This document shows, one piece after another, positions 19,133 to 32,141 of a stretch of DNA of 64,000 bases (its first letter is position 1; every line of letters starts with the position of its first letter). The notes under the pieces were generated by a model. That model ran no database searches, was not told where the DNA came from, and saw only the letters and a list, made by a program, of their open reading frames with translations. The stretch is taken from NCBI GenBank assembly GCA_963805945.1, contig CAWDVP010000002.1:512001-576000 (forward strand), written 5' to 3'. Position numbers and translations under genes: made by a program. This DNA comes from Vulcanimicrobiota bacterium (GTDB lineage: Bacteria > Vulcanimicrobiota > Vulcanimicrobiia > Eremiobacterales > Eremiobacteraceae).

Positions 19133-20678
19133 GGCAACCGCCACCTGCGGCCGTCGCGGCGGACGAGCTCCTCGGCCTCCTTGGGCCCCCACGTGCCCGA
19201 GTCATAGTCGGGGAACTTGATCGAGTGGTCCGACGACCACACCGAGAGCAGCGGATCCATGAGCGCCCACGCGCCTTCCACGCCGTCTGCGCGGTCGAAG
19301 AGCGTCTGATCGCCCTTCATGCAATCGAGGATCAGCCGCTCGTATGGCGAGGCGTCTTCAGCGCCGAAGGTCGCGCCGTAGGCGAAGTCCATCGCGACTG
19401 CCGGATCTTCATGCTCGGCCCGGGCACCTTGGCGCTGAACTTGAGCGTGATGCCCTCGTCCGGTTGGATGTGCATCGAGAGCACGTCGCCCTCGACGACC
19501 TCGAGCCCGGCGCGTCGGAACGGCAGGTGCGGCGCGTGCTGGAAAGCGACGGCGATCTCGGTGACGCGCTTGGGCAGCGCTTGCCGGAGCGCACGTAGAA
19601 CGGCACGCCGGCCCAGCGCCAGTTGTCGACGAGCAGTCGCATCGCGGCGAAGGTCGGCGTGATCGAGTCGGGCGCCACCTTCGGCTCCTCGCGGTAGCCC
19701 GGCACCGGCTCGCCCTGCGACGATGCCGGGGCCGTACTGTCCGCGCACGGTCGCACGCGCCTCTTTGAGATCGATCGGCCGGATCGCTTCGATCACGCGG
19801 ATCTTCTCATCGCGGAAGTCGCTCGCGTCGAACGTCGTCGGCGGCTCCATGGCGACGAGCGAGAGCAGCTGCAGCATGTGGTTCTGCATGATGTCGCGGA
19901 CGACGCCGGTCTCTTCGTAGAAGTTGCCGCGCCCTTCGATGCCGATGCTCTCGGCGACCGTGATCTGCACGTGGTCGACGTAGCTGCGGTTCCAGACCGG
20001 CTCGAAGATGCCGTTGGCGAAGCGGAACACGAGGATGTTCTGCACCGTCTCCTTGCCGAGATAGTGGTCGATGCGGTAGATCTGGTCCTCGTCGCAGATA
20101 CGTCGAGCAGCTCTGCGTTGAGCGCCTTGGCGCTGACGCGAGATCGCGCCCGAACGGCTTCTCGACGATGACGCGCACCGAGCTGCCGCTGGTCCATGCG
20201 GATTCTCGACGAGCCCGGCGTAGTGCCAGCTGTTGCACGATGATACCGGCACAGGCTGGCCGGCGTGGCGAAGTAGAAGATGCGGTTGCCGGCGGTGCCG
20301 TAATTCGCATCGTCGAGCTCTCGAGCAGCGCACGCAGTTGCGCGAAGGCCGCGGGGTCGTGAAGTCGCCCGAGAGGTAGACGACGCGCTCGCACGAGCTT
20401 CGCAGAGCTCGGCATCGCGTGCCGCGGATCCTCGCTCGACTCGGCCACCGCATCCTGTGAGGCCTGCGGAAGTCGTCGTCCGATAGTCTTGCGCGCGAAT
20501 CCGACGACGGAAAAGTCCTACGGAGCGAGATTCGCCTGCACGAGGTTGTAGATCGCGGGCAGCAGCTTGCGCACGGTGAGGTCGCCCGAAGCGCCGAAGA
20601 TGCAGAGCTGTACGGGATGCGTCGCGCGCTCCTCGCGAGCCCCTCGCGGAACGGGTTGGCGGGTCGCGTGACGGCCAA
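19129..20678 (-). CDS. zwf: Glucose-6-phosphate 1-dehydrogenase (many indels)
   Basis: [29 protein letters not shown] and YERLI. Confidence 0.9.
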
Positions 20679-20689
20679 CGCTTTGCTTG

Positions 20690-21843
20690 GGGTCGCCGAC
20701 TTAGTCCGGCATCGGCGCGTATGGCCGAACGATCTTGCTCGGAGCACGCCGCATGCAGCTCGTAGTAGGATTGCTGGAAGAGACCAAGCCGTCGGCGAGC
20801 AGCTGGTCGGTGATCGAGTTGAGCGAGATGCCGGCGACTTCGAGCGCGGCGAGCTGGGCGTTCCGCTTGATCCATGCCCTGCATCGAGCGTACGCGCGAC
20901 CACGCCGTGGTCGCGGAAGGCGTCGATGGTGGCGGGCGGCATGGTGTCGACCGTGTCGGGGCCGATGAGCGCCTCTACGTAGTAGGTGTCCTGATACGCG
21001 GGGTTCTTGGTGGACGTGCTCGCCCACAGCGGGCGCTGCCGTCGCGCGCCTGCGGCGTCGAGCTTGCGCCAACGATCCGACGCGATGGACGCCTGATAGG
21101 TGGCGTAGAGGCGTTTTGAGTTGGCGATCGCCGTCTTGCCGATGAGCGCGGTGAGCTGCGCTTTCTTCGCCGCGTCTGCCGATTGCGCGGCGGCGGCGAT
21201 ACGCTTGTCGGCTTCAGTGTCCACCCGGCTCACGAAGCACGAGGCCACCGACGCGATGCGACTGCAGCGGCAAGCCCTTGGCAGACCGATCCTCGAGACC
21301 CGACATGAACGCGTCGATGACGCGCTCGTAATAGCCCTCGCCGAACATGAGCGTGATGTTGACGTTGAGGCCGTCGGCGATGAGCCGGCGGATGACCGGC
21401 ATGCCCTCGGCCGTCGCCGGCACTTTGATCATGACGTTCGGCCGGTCGACGATCTTCCACAGACGATGGGCCTCGGCGATCGAGCCGTCGGTGTCTTTGG
21501 CGAGCTGCGGCGGCAGTTCGATGGAGACGTAGCCGTCGCCGCCCGAACTCGCGTCGTACAGATCGCGGAAGGCGTCGCAGGCGTCGCGCACGTCGTCGGT
21601 GGTGAGGATGTCGTAGATCTCGGCCGCGCTGCGTCCCGCCGCGACGAGCGACGCGATCTGCGTGTCGTAGTCGGCGCTCTCGGCGATCGCCTTCTCGAAG
21701 ATGGTCGGGTTCGACGTCTCACCGCGCAGGCCGTCGTCGTCGATCATGCGGCGCAGCGCACCGGAGCGGGTGTAACTGCGCCGGATGTTGTCGAGCCAGA
21801 AGCTCTGGCCGAGGTCGATGAGGCGCTGCAGTGGGTTCGACAT
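20690..21843 (-). CDS. tal: Transaldolase (indels; 3' end approximate)
   Basis: GQSFWLD, TSNPTIF, MIKVPAT, NVNITL and RPLWASTSTKNP. Confidence 0.9.
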
Positions 21844-21859
21844 GGGAGTTCCCTTCTTG

Positions 21860-21884
21860 AGCCGACCTAAAGGTCGGCCCCTAC
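21860..21884 (-). repeat. REP-like palindrome family A (GTAGGGGCCGACCTTTAGGTCGGC)
   Basis: GTAG head plus hairpin; copies at 27738, 46968 and 58923. Confidence 0.75.
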
Positions 21885-23903
21885 ACTAAGCGATTTGGCG
21901 ACCGACGCCACGTTGTCTGGTGTGAAGCCGAATTTCTGAAAGAGCACATCCGCCGGCGCCGACGCGCCGAAGTGCGTCATGCCGATGACCTTGCCGCGCA
22001 CGCCGACGTAGCGCTCCCAACCGAACGGCGACGCCGCCTCGACGGCGACGCGCGCCGTCACCGCCGGCGGCAGCACGCTGTCGCGATACGCCTGGTCCTG
22101 TGCGTCGAAGATCTGCCAGCACGGCAGGCTGACGACGCGTGTCGGAATGCCGGAAGACTGCAGCAGCGTGCGCGCCGCAGCGCACAGCTGCACCTCCGAG
22201 CCGGTGCCGATGAGGATCAGCGCGAGCGCGCCGCCCTCTTCCTTGAAGAGGGTATACCCGCCGCGGGCCGCGCCTACCGTCGCTTCGGCCGGGAAGATCG
22301 GCAGTTTCTGGCGCGTGAGCGCGAGGCCTACCGGGCCATCGGTATGTTCCATCGCCGCCGGTAGCAGATCGAGGTCTCGTTGGCGTCGGCGGGCCGCATG
22401 ATCGTCATGTTCGGGATCGCGCGCAGGCTGGCGAGCTGCTCGATCGATTGATGCGTCGGGCCGTCCTCGCCCAAGCCGATGCTGTCGTGGGTCCAGATGT
22501 AGATCGGATTGATGCGCATGAGGCACGCGAGACGGATCGCGGGGCCGCATGTAGTCGGAGAAGATGAGGAAGGTCGCGCCGAACGGGCGCACGCCGCCGT
22601 GCAGCGCCATGCCGTTGAGCGTCGCCGTCATCGCGTGCTCGCGGATGCCGAAGTGCATCTGGCGCGCGTCGTACGTGCCGGCCTCGAAATCGCCGAGGTC
22701 TTTGAGCTGCGTCTTGTTCGAGACCGCGAGATCGGCAGAACCGCCGAGCAAGAAGGGCACGGACTTGGCGATGCGCGTTGAGCGCCTTGCTCGACGCGTC
22801 GCGCGTCGCCATAGGGCCGTCGCTCGGCGCGAAGGTCGGGATCTGCTTGTCCCAACCTTGCGGCAGCGTGCCCGCCTGTTCCGCCGTGAACTGCTTGGCT
22901 TCTGGTGCGTGTTCGCGCTCGTAGCGCGCCCACAACTCGTTCCATGTCGTCTCGAGCGCGGCGCCGCGCTCGACGGCCGTGCGGAAGACGGCGAGCGCAT
23001 CGTCGGGCACGAGGAACTTCGCGTCCTCGGGCCAGCCGTAGAAGCGCTTCGCGCCTTTGATCTCGTCCTCGCCGAGCGGCTCGCCATGCGCCTCCGCGGT
23101 GTCCTGCTTGTTGGGCGCGCCGTAGCCGATGTGCGTGCGGATGCGGATGAGCGATGGCCGCGGGTCGGCCTTCGCCGCGGTGAGCGCGCGGTCGATGGCG
23201 TCGAGGTCGTTGGCGTCCTCGACGGCTTGCGTGTGCCAGCCGTAGGCTTCGTAGCGCCGGCACACGTCCTCTTGATCGAATGCGAGCGAGGTGGAGCCCT
23301 CGATGGTGATGTGGTTGTCGTCGTAGCACATGATGAGGTTGCCGAGCTGCAGATGTCCGGCCAGCGATGCGGCTTCCGCCGAGACGCCTTCCATGAGATC
23401 GCCGTCGCTGCAGATGACGTAGGTGTGGTGGTCGACGATGTCGAGGCCATCGGTGTTGAAGCGCGTCCCCACGAAACGTTCCGCGACCGCGAAGCCGACC
23501 GCGTTGCCGAAGCCCTGCCCGAGCGGTCCCGTGGTGCACTCGACGCCCGGCGTGTGTCCGTACTCGGGATGGCCCGGGCGTCTTCGAGCCCCACTGGCGG
23601 AATTGCTTTGAGGTCGTCAAGGCTGAGATCGTAGCCGGTGAGGAAGAGCATCGCGTATTGCAGGATGCACGCGTGCCCGGCGGAGAGGATGAAGCGATCG
23701 CGGTCGAGCCACTTCGGGTTCTTCGGATTGTAGCGCATGTGCTTGGTCCACAGCACGTACGCGAGCGGCGCCAGCGCCATCGCGGTGCCCGGATGGCCCG
23801 AGTTGGCCTTCTGGACCGCGTCCATCGAGAGCGTGCGGATGGTGTTGACGCACAACTGGTCGAGCGCCTCGCGGGTGGGCTGCGGCGATGTGGTTGGGTT
23901 CAC
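21867..23903 (-). CDS. tkt: Transketolase (indels)
   Basis: [32 protein letters not shown] and [15 protein letters not shown]. Confidence 0.95.
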   Translation of the reverse strand: MNPTTSPQPTREALDQLCVNTIRTLSMDAVQKANSGHPGTAMALAPLAYVLWTKHMRYNPKNPKWLDRDRFILSAGHACILQYAMLFLTGYDLSLDDLKAIPPVGLEDARAIPSTDTRRASSAPRDRSGRASATRSASRSRNVSWGRASTPMASTSSTTTPTSSAATAISWKASRRKPHRWPDICSSATSSCATTTTTSPSRAPPRSHSIKRTCAGATKPTAGTRKPSRTPTTSTPSTARSPRRRPTRGHRSSASARTSATARPTSRTPRRRMASRSARTRSKARSASTAGPRTRSSSCPTMRSPSSARPSSAAPRSRRHGTSCGRATSANTHQKPSSSRRNRRARCRKVGTSRSRPSRRATALWRRATRRARRSTRIAKSVPFLLGGSADLAVSNKTQLKDLGDFEAGTYDARQMHFGIREHAMTATLNGMALHGGVRPFGATFLIFSDYMRPRDPSRVPHAHQSDLHLDPRQHRLGRGRPDASIDRAARQPARDPEHDDHAARRRQRDLDLLPAAMEHTDGPVGLALTRQKLPIFPAEATVGAARGGYTLFKEEGGALALILIGTGSEVQLCAAARTLLQSSGIPTRVVSLPCWQIFDAQDQAYRDSVLPPAVTARVAVEAASPFGWERYVGVRGKVIGMTHFGASAPADVLFQKFGFTPDNVASVAKSLSVGADL

Positions 23904-23926
23904 GCGATCCTCCGACTCCGGGTTTT

Positions 23927-23949
23927 GTAGTGTCCGAGCGCAGCTCGGG
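23927..23949 (+). repeat. REP-like palindrome family B
   Basis: GTAGTGTCCGAGCGCAGCTCGGG. Confidence 0.65.
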
Positions 23950-23951
23950 TC

Positions 23952-24998
23952 TTATCGAACACCGATCTCCGGCGCCTCGGTGAGGCTTCCGATGACCGCG
24001 GCCTCGGCACGCCGCCTGCGGCAAGCGCGTCGAGCAGCGCTTCGGCGCTCTCTTCTGATACGGCGATGAGCAGGCCGCCGGACGTCTGGGCGTCGCACAA
24101 GACGAGCCGCAGCGCCGTCGGGATGGACTCGGCGAATCGGACGCCGCTGCGCACCGCCAGCGCGAGATTCGCCTTTGTGCCGCTCGGGGCACAATCCCGC
24201 TCCGCCAAGTCCACCGCCATATCGAACAGCGGGACCGCCGCGGCGTCGACCAGCGCGCCCCTGCCGCTGCCCCTTGTCATCTCATTAAGATGGCCCATGA
24301 GGCCGAAGCCGGTGACGTCGGTCGCCGCGTGCACGCCGACGGCGAGCATGGCGTCGGCGGCGGCGCGGTTGAGCGTCTGCATGGAAGCGATCACCTCGTC
24401 GAGTTCGGACTCCTCGATCACGTCGCGGCGGCGTGCGGTGGTGAGGATGCCGGTGCCGAGCGGTTTGGTGAGCACGAGCAGGTCGCCGGCTTCGCCGGTC
24501 GAGTTGCGGACGACGCGCTGCGGATGCACCTTGCCGGTGACCGCGAGCCCGTACTTCGGCTCCGGATCCTTCACCGTATGGCCGCCGATGATGTTGATAC
24601 CCGCTTCGCGCGCTTTTTCCACGCCGCCGCGCAGCATCGCGAGGAGGACGGTAAGCGGCAGCGCCGCTCTCAGGGAACGCGGCGACGGCGACGGCGAACA
24701 GCGGCGTCGCGCCCATCGCATAGATGTCCGAGAGCGAGTTGGCTGCGGCGATGCGGCCGAAGGTCTCCGGATCGTCCACGATGGGCGTGAAGAAGTCGAC
24801 CGTCTGCACGAGTGCAAGGTCGTCGCTGAGGCGGTACACGCCGGCGTCGTCAGAGGTGGCCGTGCCGACAAGCACGTTCGGATCACCGGGCGCGGGCAGA
24901 TCGCGCAGCACCTGCGCGAGCACGTCTGCTTCTACTTTAGAAGCTCAACCGGCGCAGCTCACCATGTGGGTGAGGCGCGTGATGTCCTCGCGCGTCAT
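23952..24998 (-). CDS. selD: Selenophosphate synthetase, selenocysteine-containing (UGA at 24945-24947; indels)
   Basis: [42 protein letters not shown] and DAQTSGGLL; strong SD. Confidence 0.9.
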
Positions 24999-25102
24999 CG
25001 CATACCACCTCCTTTCTCAGCCAGCGGTCGAGTCGGACTACGACCGCTCCAATTCCCGCGCGCCGACAGGCGCCCTCCGCGAACGGCCCGAACTCCGGAC
25101 GC

Positions 25103-26279
25103 ATGGCTGAGTTGCTCCTCATCCCTGGGCCTGTCACCGTGTCCGCGGACGTGCTCGCCGCGGCGGCGCAGCCCATGCGCAATCATCGCGGCCCGTTCGC
25201 GGCCAAGATCTACGCCGATCTCGTCCAGCGGCTGCAAGATATCTTCCAGACCAAACAGCCCGTGCTGCTGCTGGGGTCGTCAGGCACCGGCGCGATGGAA
25301 GCGTCGGTCGTCAATCTCTTCTCGCCGGGCGACAAACTCGTCGCCATGCCGATGGGCGCGTTCGGCGATCGTCACGTCGCGCTTGCCCGCGCGTACGGCG
25401 CCGAGGTCGAGATCCTCGGCTGCGATTGGGGCATCGCGCCCGATCCGCAGCGGCTGCGCGATCGCTTGGCGGCAGACCGCACCGGCACTATCAAGGGCGT
25501 GCTGGTCACGCACAACGAGACGTCGACCGGCGTGCAAGCCGATCTCGAGGCGCTGGCGCGCGCCCGCGCCGACCATCCGGCGCTGCTCGTCGTCGATGCC
25601 GTGAGCAGCGTCGGCGCGACCAACGTGAAGATGGACGACTGGGGACTCGACGCGGTCATCACCGCGTCGCAGAAGGCGATCGCCGGCGTCGCCGGCGCCG
25701 CCATGATCGCCCTGAGCAAACGTGCCTGGGAAGCATCGGAGCGAGCCTCGATGCCTCGGTTCTACTTCGATACGCGCAAGGCGCAGACGGCCCTGGCCAA
25801 GGGTCAAACCCCCTGGACGCCCCCCTTCGGCGTGCTATTGGCACTCGAACAGGCGACCGATAACTATATGAAGGAAGGGCGCCACTCCGCCTTCGCTCGC
25901 CATGCCCGGTTCGCCGCGGCGATCCGCGCAGGTTGCAGCGCTCTCGGCTTGTCGCTCTTCGCCAGACCTGGCGTGTACTCGAACACAGTGACCGCCATCA
26001 GCGCGACGCGCGGACACCGATCATCGGGCGCTGCAGCAATCGCTGCGCGAGCGCTATGGGGTGGTCGTCGGCGGGGGGCAGATGCAATTGGAAGGCAAGG
26101 TCCTCCGCATCGGCAACATGGGCGCGATCGGGCGCAAGGACATCATCACCGCGCTCGCGGCGCTCGAGATGGCGCTGCGCGACAGCGGTCTCGCGCCGTC
26201 GCCCGGTGCGGGTGTCGCCGCGGCGAACGCCGTGTTCGCCGAGTCCGAGGCGGCAGCGCCTCGCGTCGCAGTCGGATAG
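25103..26279 (+). CDS. Class V PLP aminotransferase, alanine-glyoxylate/serine-pyruvate type (frameshift at about 26010)
   Basis: IPGP, SGTGAME, HNETSTG, DAVSS, ASQKA and RIGNMG. Confidence 0.9.
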
Positions 26280-26299
26280 GCTAAGGAGTTGGATCTGCC

Positions 26300-27713
26300 G
26301 TGAAGCGTTATTTTCGTGTGACCACTTTCTCCCGCGCGCTCGCGGTGCTCACCGCTTTCGCATGCGTCGCCGTCGCGTTGACGCCCGGCTTCACGCCTGC
26401 TCGTGGTGACGGCGCGATCACGCTAGCGGTCATGGCCCCGCAGAACACCGGTAAGGCGAGTGCGGCCATCGTCACTCAGGTCGGCCAAGCGATGTACGAC
26501 GGCATCGTCGCCAGCGGCAGATATGATGTCCGCGGCGGCGGTCCGCTCCGCACATCGCAAGAAACGGGTCTCGGTTCCACGTTGCCGGACGCGCTGGCCG
26601 CCGCCGGCCGCGCCGGCGCGAGCGAAGCGCTCATCACGGACGTGGTGCAGGCGGGTGACGGCAAGGTCGTCTACAGCATGGCGCTCTATCGCGTCAATCC
26701 GGTCACCTTCGGCCGCTCCCAGGTATTCACCCAGTCGTTCCCGCCCAAAGACGCTCACGTCTTCGCGTCGCAATTCGCCAACGACCTCGCCTCGCTCGAA
26801 GCACCCCGCACCAGCACCGGCACCATCTATTCGGTGTCGAACGGCATCCTCGCCGACACCGGTTCGGGTTCGGGCTTCCATCTCGGGCAGCACTTCAACG
26901 TCGTGCGGGGCGGCAAGAAAGTCGCCGAAGCGCAGATATCGCAGATCGCGGAGGTCTCCGCGACGCTCGAGATCCTCAATCCGACTCCCGGCTACACCGC
27001 GCAGGTCGGCGACCGGCTCATCAGCGACGAGCCAGGTCCCGCGATACCGGTCGGCGGCACGGCAAGCACTCACAACAACAACGGCGCGCTCACGGTGGTC
27101 GGGTTGATCATCGGCGTCGGCGCCGCGCTGCTGGCGTTGGGTCACAACGGCACCGCCGCGACCGTCAACTGCTCGGGGCCGACGCCCACAGGACCGGCTG
27201 CGGCACTTCGCCGACGCCCAGCGGTGGCCACGTTCACCGTGGCGCTGTCGAACAGTCCGAAGGGCTTTCGCCGACCTTCATGTTCGTCTTCAGCAAGCCT
27301 GTCTTGAACGCGGCGTCGCTCACCGGAAATATGGGAATGCCCTCTACGTGCAGGATTCCGTTCCGCCAGGCCCGCTGGTCCGAACAGCTTCTTGTCGAGC
27401 ATTGGCGGCGCCACAGGGGTTTTCGACGGCACGGGCACGGTGTTGACCATCACCATGACCGGGCAGTTGATCCGTGGCACGCCTACTACATCACCTTCAC
27501 CAACACCGTCACCGCGTTGGACGGGTCGACCCTGGTGCCAAATTCGTTCCGCTACCCGCAGTCGGTACGCTGTCGATCATGCGGCCATCCGCTGACGCAA
27601 GGCGTCATCCCGAACGCACCGGTGAACTCGGGGCCGGCAACGGCAACAGCGGCAACAAACCGCACGGTGGGAACGGGAGCGGGAACTCGCCGCACGCGGT
27701 CCCCAACCACTGA
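26300..27713 (+). CDS. Hypothetical exported protein (3' part frameshifted)
   Basis: Signal peptide; coding-like codon bias continues across frames. Confidence 0.55.
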
Positions 27714-27737
27714 CAAGTCATCCGGGCGATACGCAAA

Positions 27738-27763
27738 GGGCCGACCTAAAGGTCGGCCCCTGC
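27738..27763 (-). repeat. REP-like palindrome family A between convergent genes
   Basis: GGGCCGACCTAAAGGTCGGCCCCTGC, flanked by ACGCAAA/TTTGCGT. Confidence 0.75.
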
Positions 27764-27773
27764 ATTTGCGTCG

Positions 27774-28304
27774 TCAGACGCGGTGGTCGTGCATGATCGG
27801 CCGCACGATCAGCTTGTAGAGCTTCGGGGACATGTCCACGATGCGGTCATTGATCGGCTCAAAACCCCGGTCGAACTGGTTCGCGAAGAACGAATGGTGG
27901 ATCGTGTCGCGCAACTGGCCGTCCATCGGCAGGAACAGCGCGAGGTAGAGGATGACGAACATCGCCGCGAGCACCTTGGCGATGCTGATGAGGCCGCCGC
28001 CGGTGCTGCTGATCCACGAGTTGTCGCGACGATCGATGCGGCTCATGACGAACCAGCCGCCGACGCGTACGAGCGCGTAGACGAAGAAGAACAAGAGCCA
28101 GAACGCGACGAGATAACGTGACGCATCGGACAGCGACCAGTCAGGCGGCAGCCCCGTCGCCACGCCCGTCGACCAAAGCGATGCCGCGAGAAGGCCTACG
28201 ACGAGCGCGCCCGCATCGAAGGCCTCCGCGACGACGCCCACGCGCCAGCCGCAATAGAAGGCGACGATGAGCGTCGCAAAAACGAGCCAGTCGATCCACG
28301 TCAT
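27774..28304 (-). CDS. cvpA: CvpA-family membrane protein
   Basis: MTWIDW...G.R.G...E, four TM helices, GG..S..K; downstream of pheT. Confidence 0.75.
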   Translation of the reverse strand: MTWIDWLVFATLIVAFYCGWRVGVVAEAFDAGALVVGLLAASLWSTGVATGLPPDWSLSDASRYLVAFWLLFFFVYALVRVGGWFVMSRIDRRDNSWISSTGGGLISIAKVLAAMFVILYLALFLPMDGQLRDTIHHSFFANQFDRGFEPINDRIVDMSPKLYKLIVRPIMHDHRV

Positions 28305-28380
28305 AAAGGCATCTCCCGGGCCGATAGACGGTCGAGTAAACCCGACCGCTCCATCCGCTCTAAGATCCGGTCCCCCGCGT

Positions 28381-28402
28381 GCGGTCGAATGCATTCGACC
28401 GC
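28381..28402. repeat. Palindrome family C (GCGGTCGAATGCATTCGACCGC)
   Basis: Perfect palindrome; near copy at 42160. Confidence 0.7.
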
Positions 28403-28416
28403 TCCCGAGGAGCGAC

Positions 28417-30903
28417 CTACGTTGCGCCGCCGCGCTGGGTCGCGCTGAAACGCTCCCGCAGCAGCGCGAGGATCGTCTGCAGCGACGCCTCGGCCTGGTC
28501 GTCCGTGATGGTCGTGTCGGCCTTGCGGAAGCGCAGCGTGAGCGCGATGCTCTTCTTGCCGGCAGGCACTTGCGGTCCGCGATATTCGTCGAACGCGGAC
28601 ACGCTCTCGAAGGCGTCGACCTTCGCGCCTGCGATGGCGCTCATCAGCTCGCCTGCGGTGACGGCCTCGTCGACGACGACCGCGATGTCGCGCTGCGTGC
28701 CCGGGAAGCGCGGGATCGGCGCGTACGGTTTCACCGGCGGCGTCGCGGGAAGATTCTCGAGATAGAGCATGATGCCGTAGCTGTGCTCGCGCAGGTCGTA
28801 GGCGCGCGCAAGCCGCGGATGCAGGCGGCCGAACTTCGCGACCGGTTTGCCTGCGAGGTCGATCGTGCCCGCTGCGCCCGGATGGAAGTACGCGCGTTCG
28901 CGCGCGCGCGTCTCGCCGCTCTCGACCGGCGAGCGCGGCGACGAGCGACTCGGCTTCGCCCTTGATGGAGAGCAGATGCCGGTCGACGGCGCCCTGCTCG
29001 CCGCTGTCAGCCGAACACCGCGATGAGGCACAGCGACGGCCACTCGAGCACGCCGTCGACTTCATAGGCGCCGGTGCGCGAGAGCGGATCGGGCGGGCCT
29101 GCACGCGTGCGCCGTTCTCGGCGCGCGCACGGGGCCGTGCGGAAGACATGGCCGATCTCGAACAACCGCAGCTCGCCGCCGGCGCGCGGCCACGAACGCG
29201 CCGCGACTTCGAGCAGACCCGGCAGCAGGCTCGGCCGCAGGAAGCGTTGTTCGTCCGAGAGCGGGTTGGCGATCGGCACGGATTCGGGCCAAAACGTCAT
29301 GCCGGAGCGCTCCCATGCGCTGACCGTGCGCGAGCCTTGGAGCGCGAGCGTCACCGCCTCGCGATAGCCGAGCGCCGCCGCACGCCGCGCGAGCAGCGAC
29401 TCCTGATCGAAGAGACCTTCGTCCACCCGCTGGGGCGATGCGTTCATCTGCCGCTCGGGAATGGCGTCGTAGCCGATGCAGCGCGCGATCTCTTCGACGA
29501 CGTCGATCTCGGCGCTGACGTCACCGCGCCAGAAGGGCGGCACGACCGCGAGCGGCTCAGCGCCGGAGACGGTGAAACCGATCGGTTCGATGGCCGAACG
29601 CATCTGCGCGGCGGGAAGCTCGGTGCCTAACACGCGGTTCACGTACGCCGGGCCGGACCTGGATCGTGCGCGGCGCGCGCTTCGCTTCGCCGACATCCGC
29701 GACGGCGGTCGGGGTCGCGCCAGCAGCGACGAGCAGTCGCGCGGCCGCGCGCCGCCCGATGTCGGGAAGTTCGACCGGCAGGTTCTTCTCGTTGCGCGCG
29801 CTCGCTTCGGTGCGCAGGCCCAGCGCGACCGCGGCGCGCCGCACCGCCGCGCCGTCGAAGTTCGCCGACTCGGCGAACACGTGCGTCGTCGACTCGGTGA
29901 CGCCGCTGCCCGCGCCGCCGAACACGCCCGCCACGCCGACCGACGCCCTGCGCGTCGGCGATCACCGGCGTGCCTGCCGGCAACGCGCGCTCGGTGCCGT
30001 CGAGCGTCACGACCTTCTCGCCGGCCTTCGCCGCACGCGCCGTCGAGGATGCCGCCGTTGATGCGCGCGGCGTCGTAGAAGTGGAGCGGCTGGCCGGTCT
30101 CGAGCATCGCGTAGTTGGAGACGTCCACCATGAAGTCGCGGCTGCGCACGCCGGCGGCGTGCAGCCGCAGCGTCATCCACATCGGCGTCGCGCGTCCGCG
30201 CACGGCGGTGAAGCCCTGGCCGACGAAACGGCGGCACAGCTTCGGGTCGGCGATCTCGATCTTCACCGGTGCGGGCGCAGCTGCCGGCGTGTTCGGGAAA
30301 CGCAGGCTCCTGCCACGCCGCGCCGAGCCCGGCGGCGAGTTCGCGCGCGAGGCCGATGATGGAGAGACAGTCGGGCCGGTTCGCGGGGACGTCGACGTCG
30401 AGCACCGCGTCGCCGAAACGCACCGCTTTCCAGAAATCCTCGCCGATCGGCGCGTCCGCATCCAAGATGAGGATGCCGTCTTCGAATTCGCCCGGCAGCG
30501 CGAGCTCGGTGGACGAGCACATCATGCCGGCCGAATCGACGCCGCGCAGCGCGCTCTTGCGGATCACTTTGGTGCCGGCGGCGGCGCCTGGGCTCGCGCC
30601 GTGCTCGAAGACCTCAGCGCCGACGAGCGCGATGGGCACGCGGTCGCCCTGGCGTACATTGGTGGCGCCGGTGACGATCTGCAGCTTCTCGGACGCGCCG
30701 ACGTCCACCGTGCCGACCTGCAGCCGGTCGGCGTTGGGATGGCGCGCGAGCGTCTCGATCGTGCCGACGACGATGCGCGCGGGCATCGGCTGCGGCTCGA
30801 CCGCGTCGACCGTGAAGCCGCGCGCGGTGAGCACCGCGGCGAGCGCCTGCGCGTCGGCGTTCGTCGCGACGTATTCCCGAAGCCACGAGACGGGCGCGCG
30901 CAT
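28417..30903 (-). CDS. pheT: Phenylalanine-tRNA ligase beta subunit (indels)
   Basis: [41 protein letters not shown] and FDEYRG. Confidence 0.95.
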
Positions 30904-31931
30904 CAGGCGAACTGCTCGAGGAAGTCGGGATCGTTCTCGGTGAAGCAAGCGGATGTCGTCGATGCCGTGACGCACGAGCGCGATGCGCTCGATCCCCAAG
31001 CCCCACGCCCAGCCGCTGTACAGCTCCGGATCGTAGCCCGCGAGCACGCAGCACGTTGGGATGCACCATGCCGCAGCCGCCCATCTCGAGCCAGCCCGAT
31101 CCGCGGCACGTGCGGCAGCCCGCGCCGTCGCACACCGAGCACGAGAGATCGATCTCGGCCGACGGCTCGGTGAACGGGAAGTACGACGGGCGGAAGCGCG
31201 TGCGGGTGCGTCTCGCCCATGAGATGCCGGCACAGGTCGCTCGCGAAGCCTTTGAGGTGGCCGAAGTTGACGCCGCGATCGACGTGCAGCCCTTCGATCT
31301 GATGGAACATGAACGAGTGGCTCGCGTCGAGCGCGTCGCGGCGGTACGCCTTGCCCGGCACGAGGATCGCGAGCGGCGGCGGATAGGCCTGCATGGCGCG
31401 CATCTGCACCGGCGAGGTGTGCGGCCGCAGCAGCGTGCCCGGCCGGATGTAGAACGTGTCCATGCCCTCGCGCGCGGGATGATCGGCGGGGATGTTCATC
31501 GCCTCGAAGGCGTAGAAGTCGGTCTCGACTTCGGGGCCGAGCACGATCGCGAAGCCGCGCGAGCGGAAGAACGCGGCGACGTCGTCGAGCGTCTGGCGCA
31601 ACACGTGCAAGCTGCCGGTGCGCGGCTTCAAGCGAGGTCAGGGTGACGTCGAAGCGTTTCGAGAGGTCGCCGCGCCAGCGCCGCGTTCTCGAGACGCGAC
31701 TGCGCATCGGCGAGCGCCGCCTCGATCGCGGTCTTCGCCTCGTTGGCGCGCTTGCCGAACGCCGCGCGCTCCGCCGCGGGCAGCTTGGCGAGCTCGCCCA
31801 TCGCCTGCGAGAGCCTGCCGCCCTTGCGGCCGAGGAACGCCGTGCGCAGGGCCTCGATCTCTTCGAGGCTCGTGGCGGCGGCGGCGCGTTCGCGCGCCTC
31901 TATCCTGCAGGGTCTGGAGCTGGTCGCTCAC
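30903..31931 (-). CDS. pheS: Phenylalanine-tRNA ligase alpha subunit (indels)
   Basis: HPAR..DTFY, HTSPVQ, FHQIEG, FPFTEPS and GCGMVHP. Confidence 0.95.
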
Positions 31932-31942
31932 GCGTCCCCCTT

Positions 31943-31976
31943 GAAATACAAAGATGGCCGCATCTCTGCGGCCACC
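31943..31976 (-). terminator. Intrinsic terminator-like hairpin upstream of pheS
   Basis: GGTGGCCGCA-GAGA-TGCGGCCATC followed by TTTGTATTTC. Confidence 0.55.
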
Positions 31977-32003
31977 GTACACAAATGAAACTCGGTTATC
32001 CTA

Positions 32004-32099
32004 TTACGATCCAGAAGGTGCCATCCGCCGATAGATGAGATAAGCCTTGACGGAGCCGGTTGTTATGAACAATTTCCAAAACAGCACTGGAGAAAGCAT
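32004..32099 (-). CDS. YqzL-like small protein (31 aa)
   Basis: AAGGAGG SD; MLSPVLFWKLFITTGSVKAYLIYRR resembles the W..F..TG...AYL pattern. Confidence 0.7.
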   Translation of the reverse strand: MLSPVLFWKLFITTGSVKAYLIYRRMAPSGS

Positions 32100-32141
32100 C
32101 TAGATGCCTGACCTCCTTCGCACTCCTGTTCGCCGGCCCTG

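Noticed and set aside
19129..31931. Mass pseudogenisation or programmed frameshifting
   Set aside because: Essential single-copy genes are hit at scattered positions; sequencing error is simpler
31935..32005. T-box riboswitch before pheS
   Set aside because: GGTGGCCGC is not the TGGNACC consensus, and there is no room for stem I outside the yqzL-like ORF
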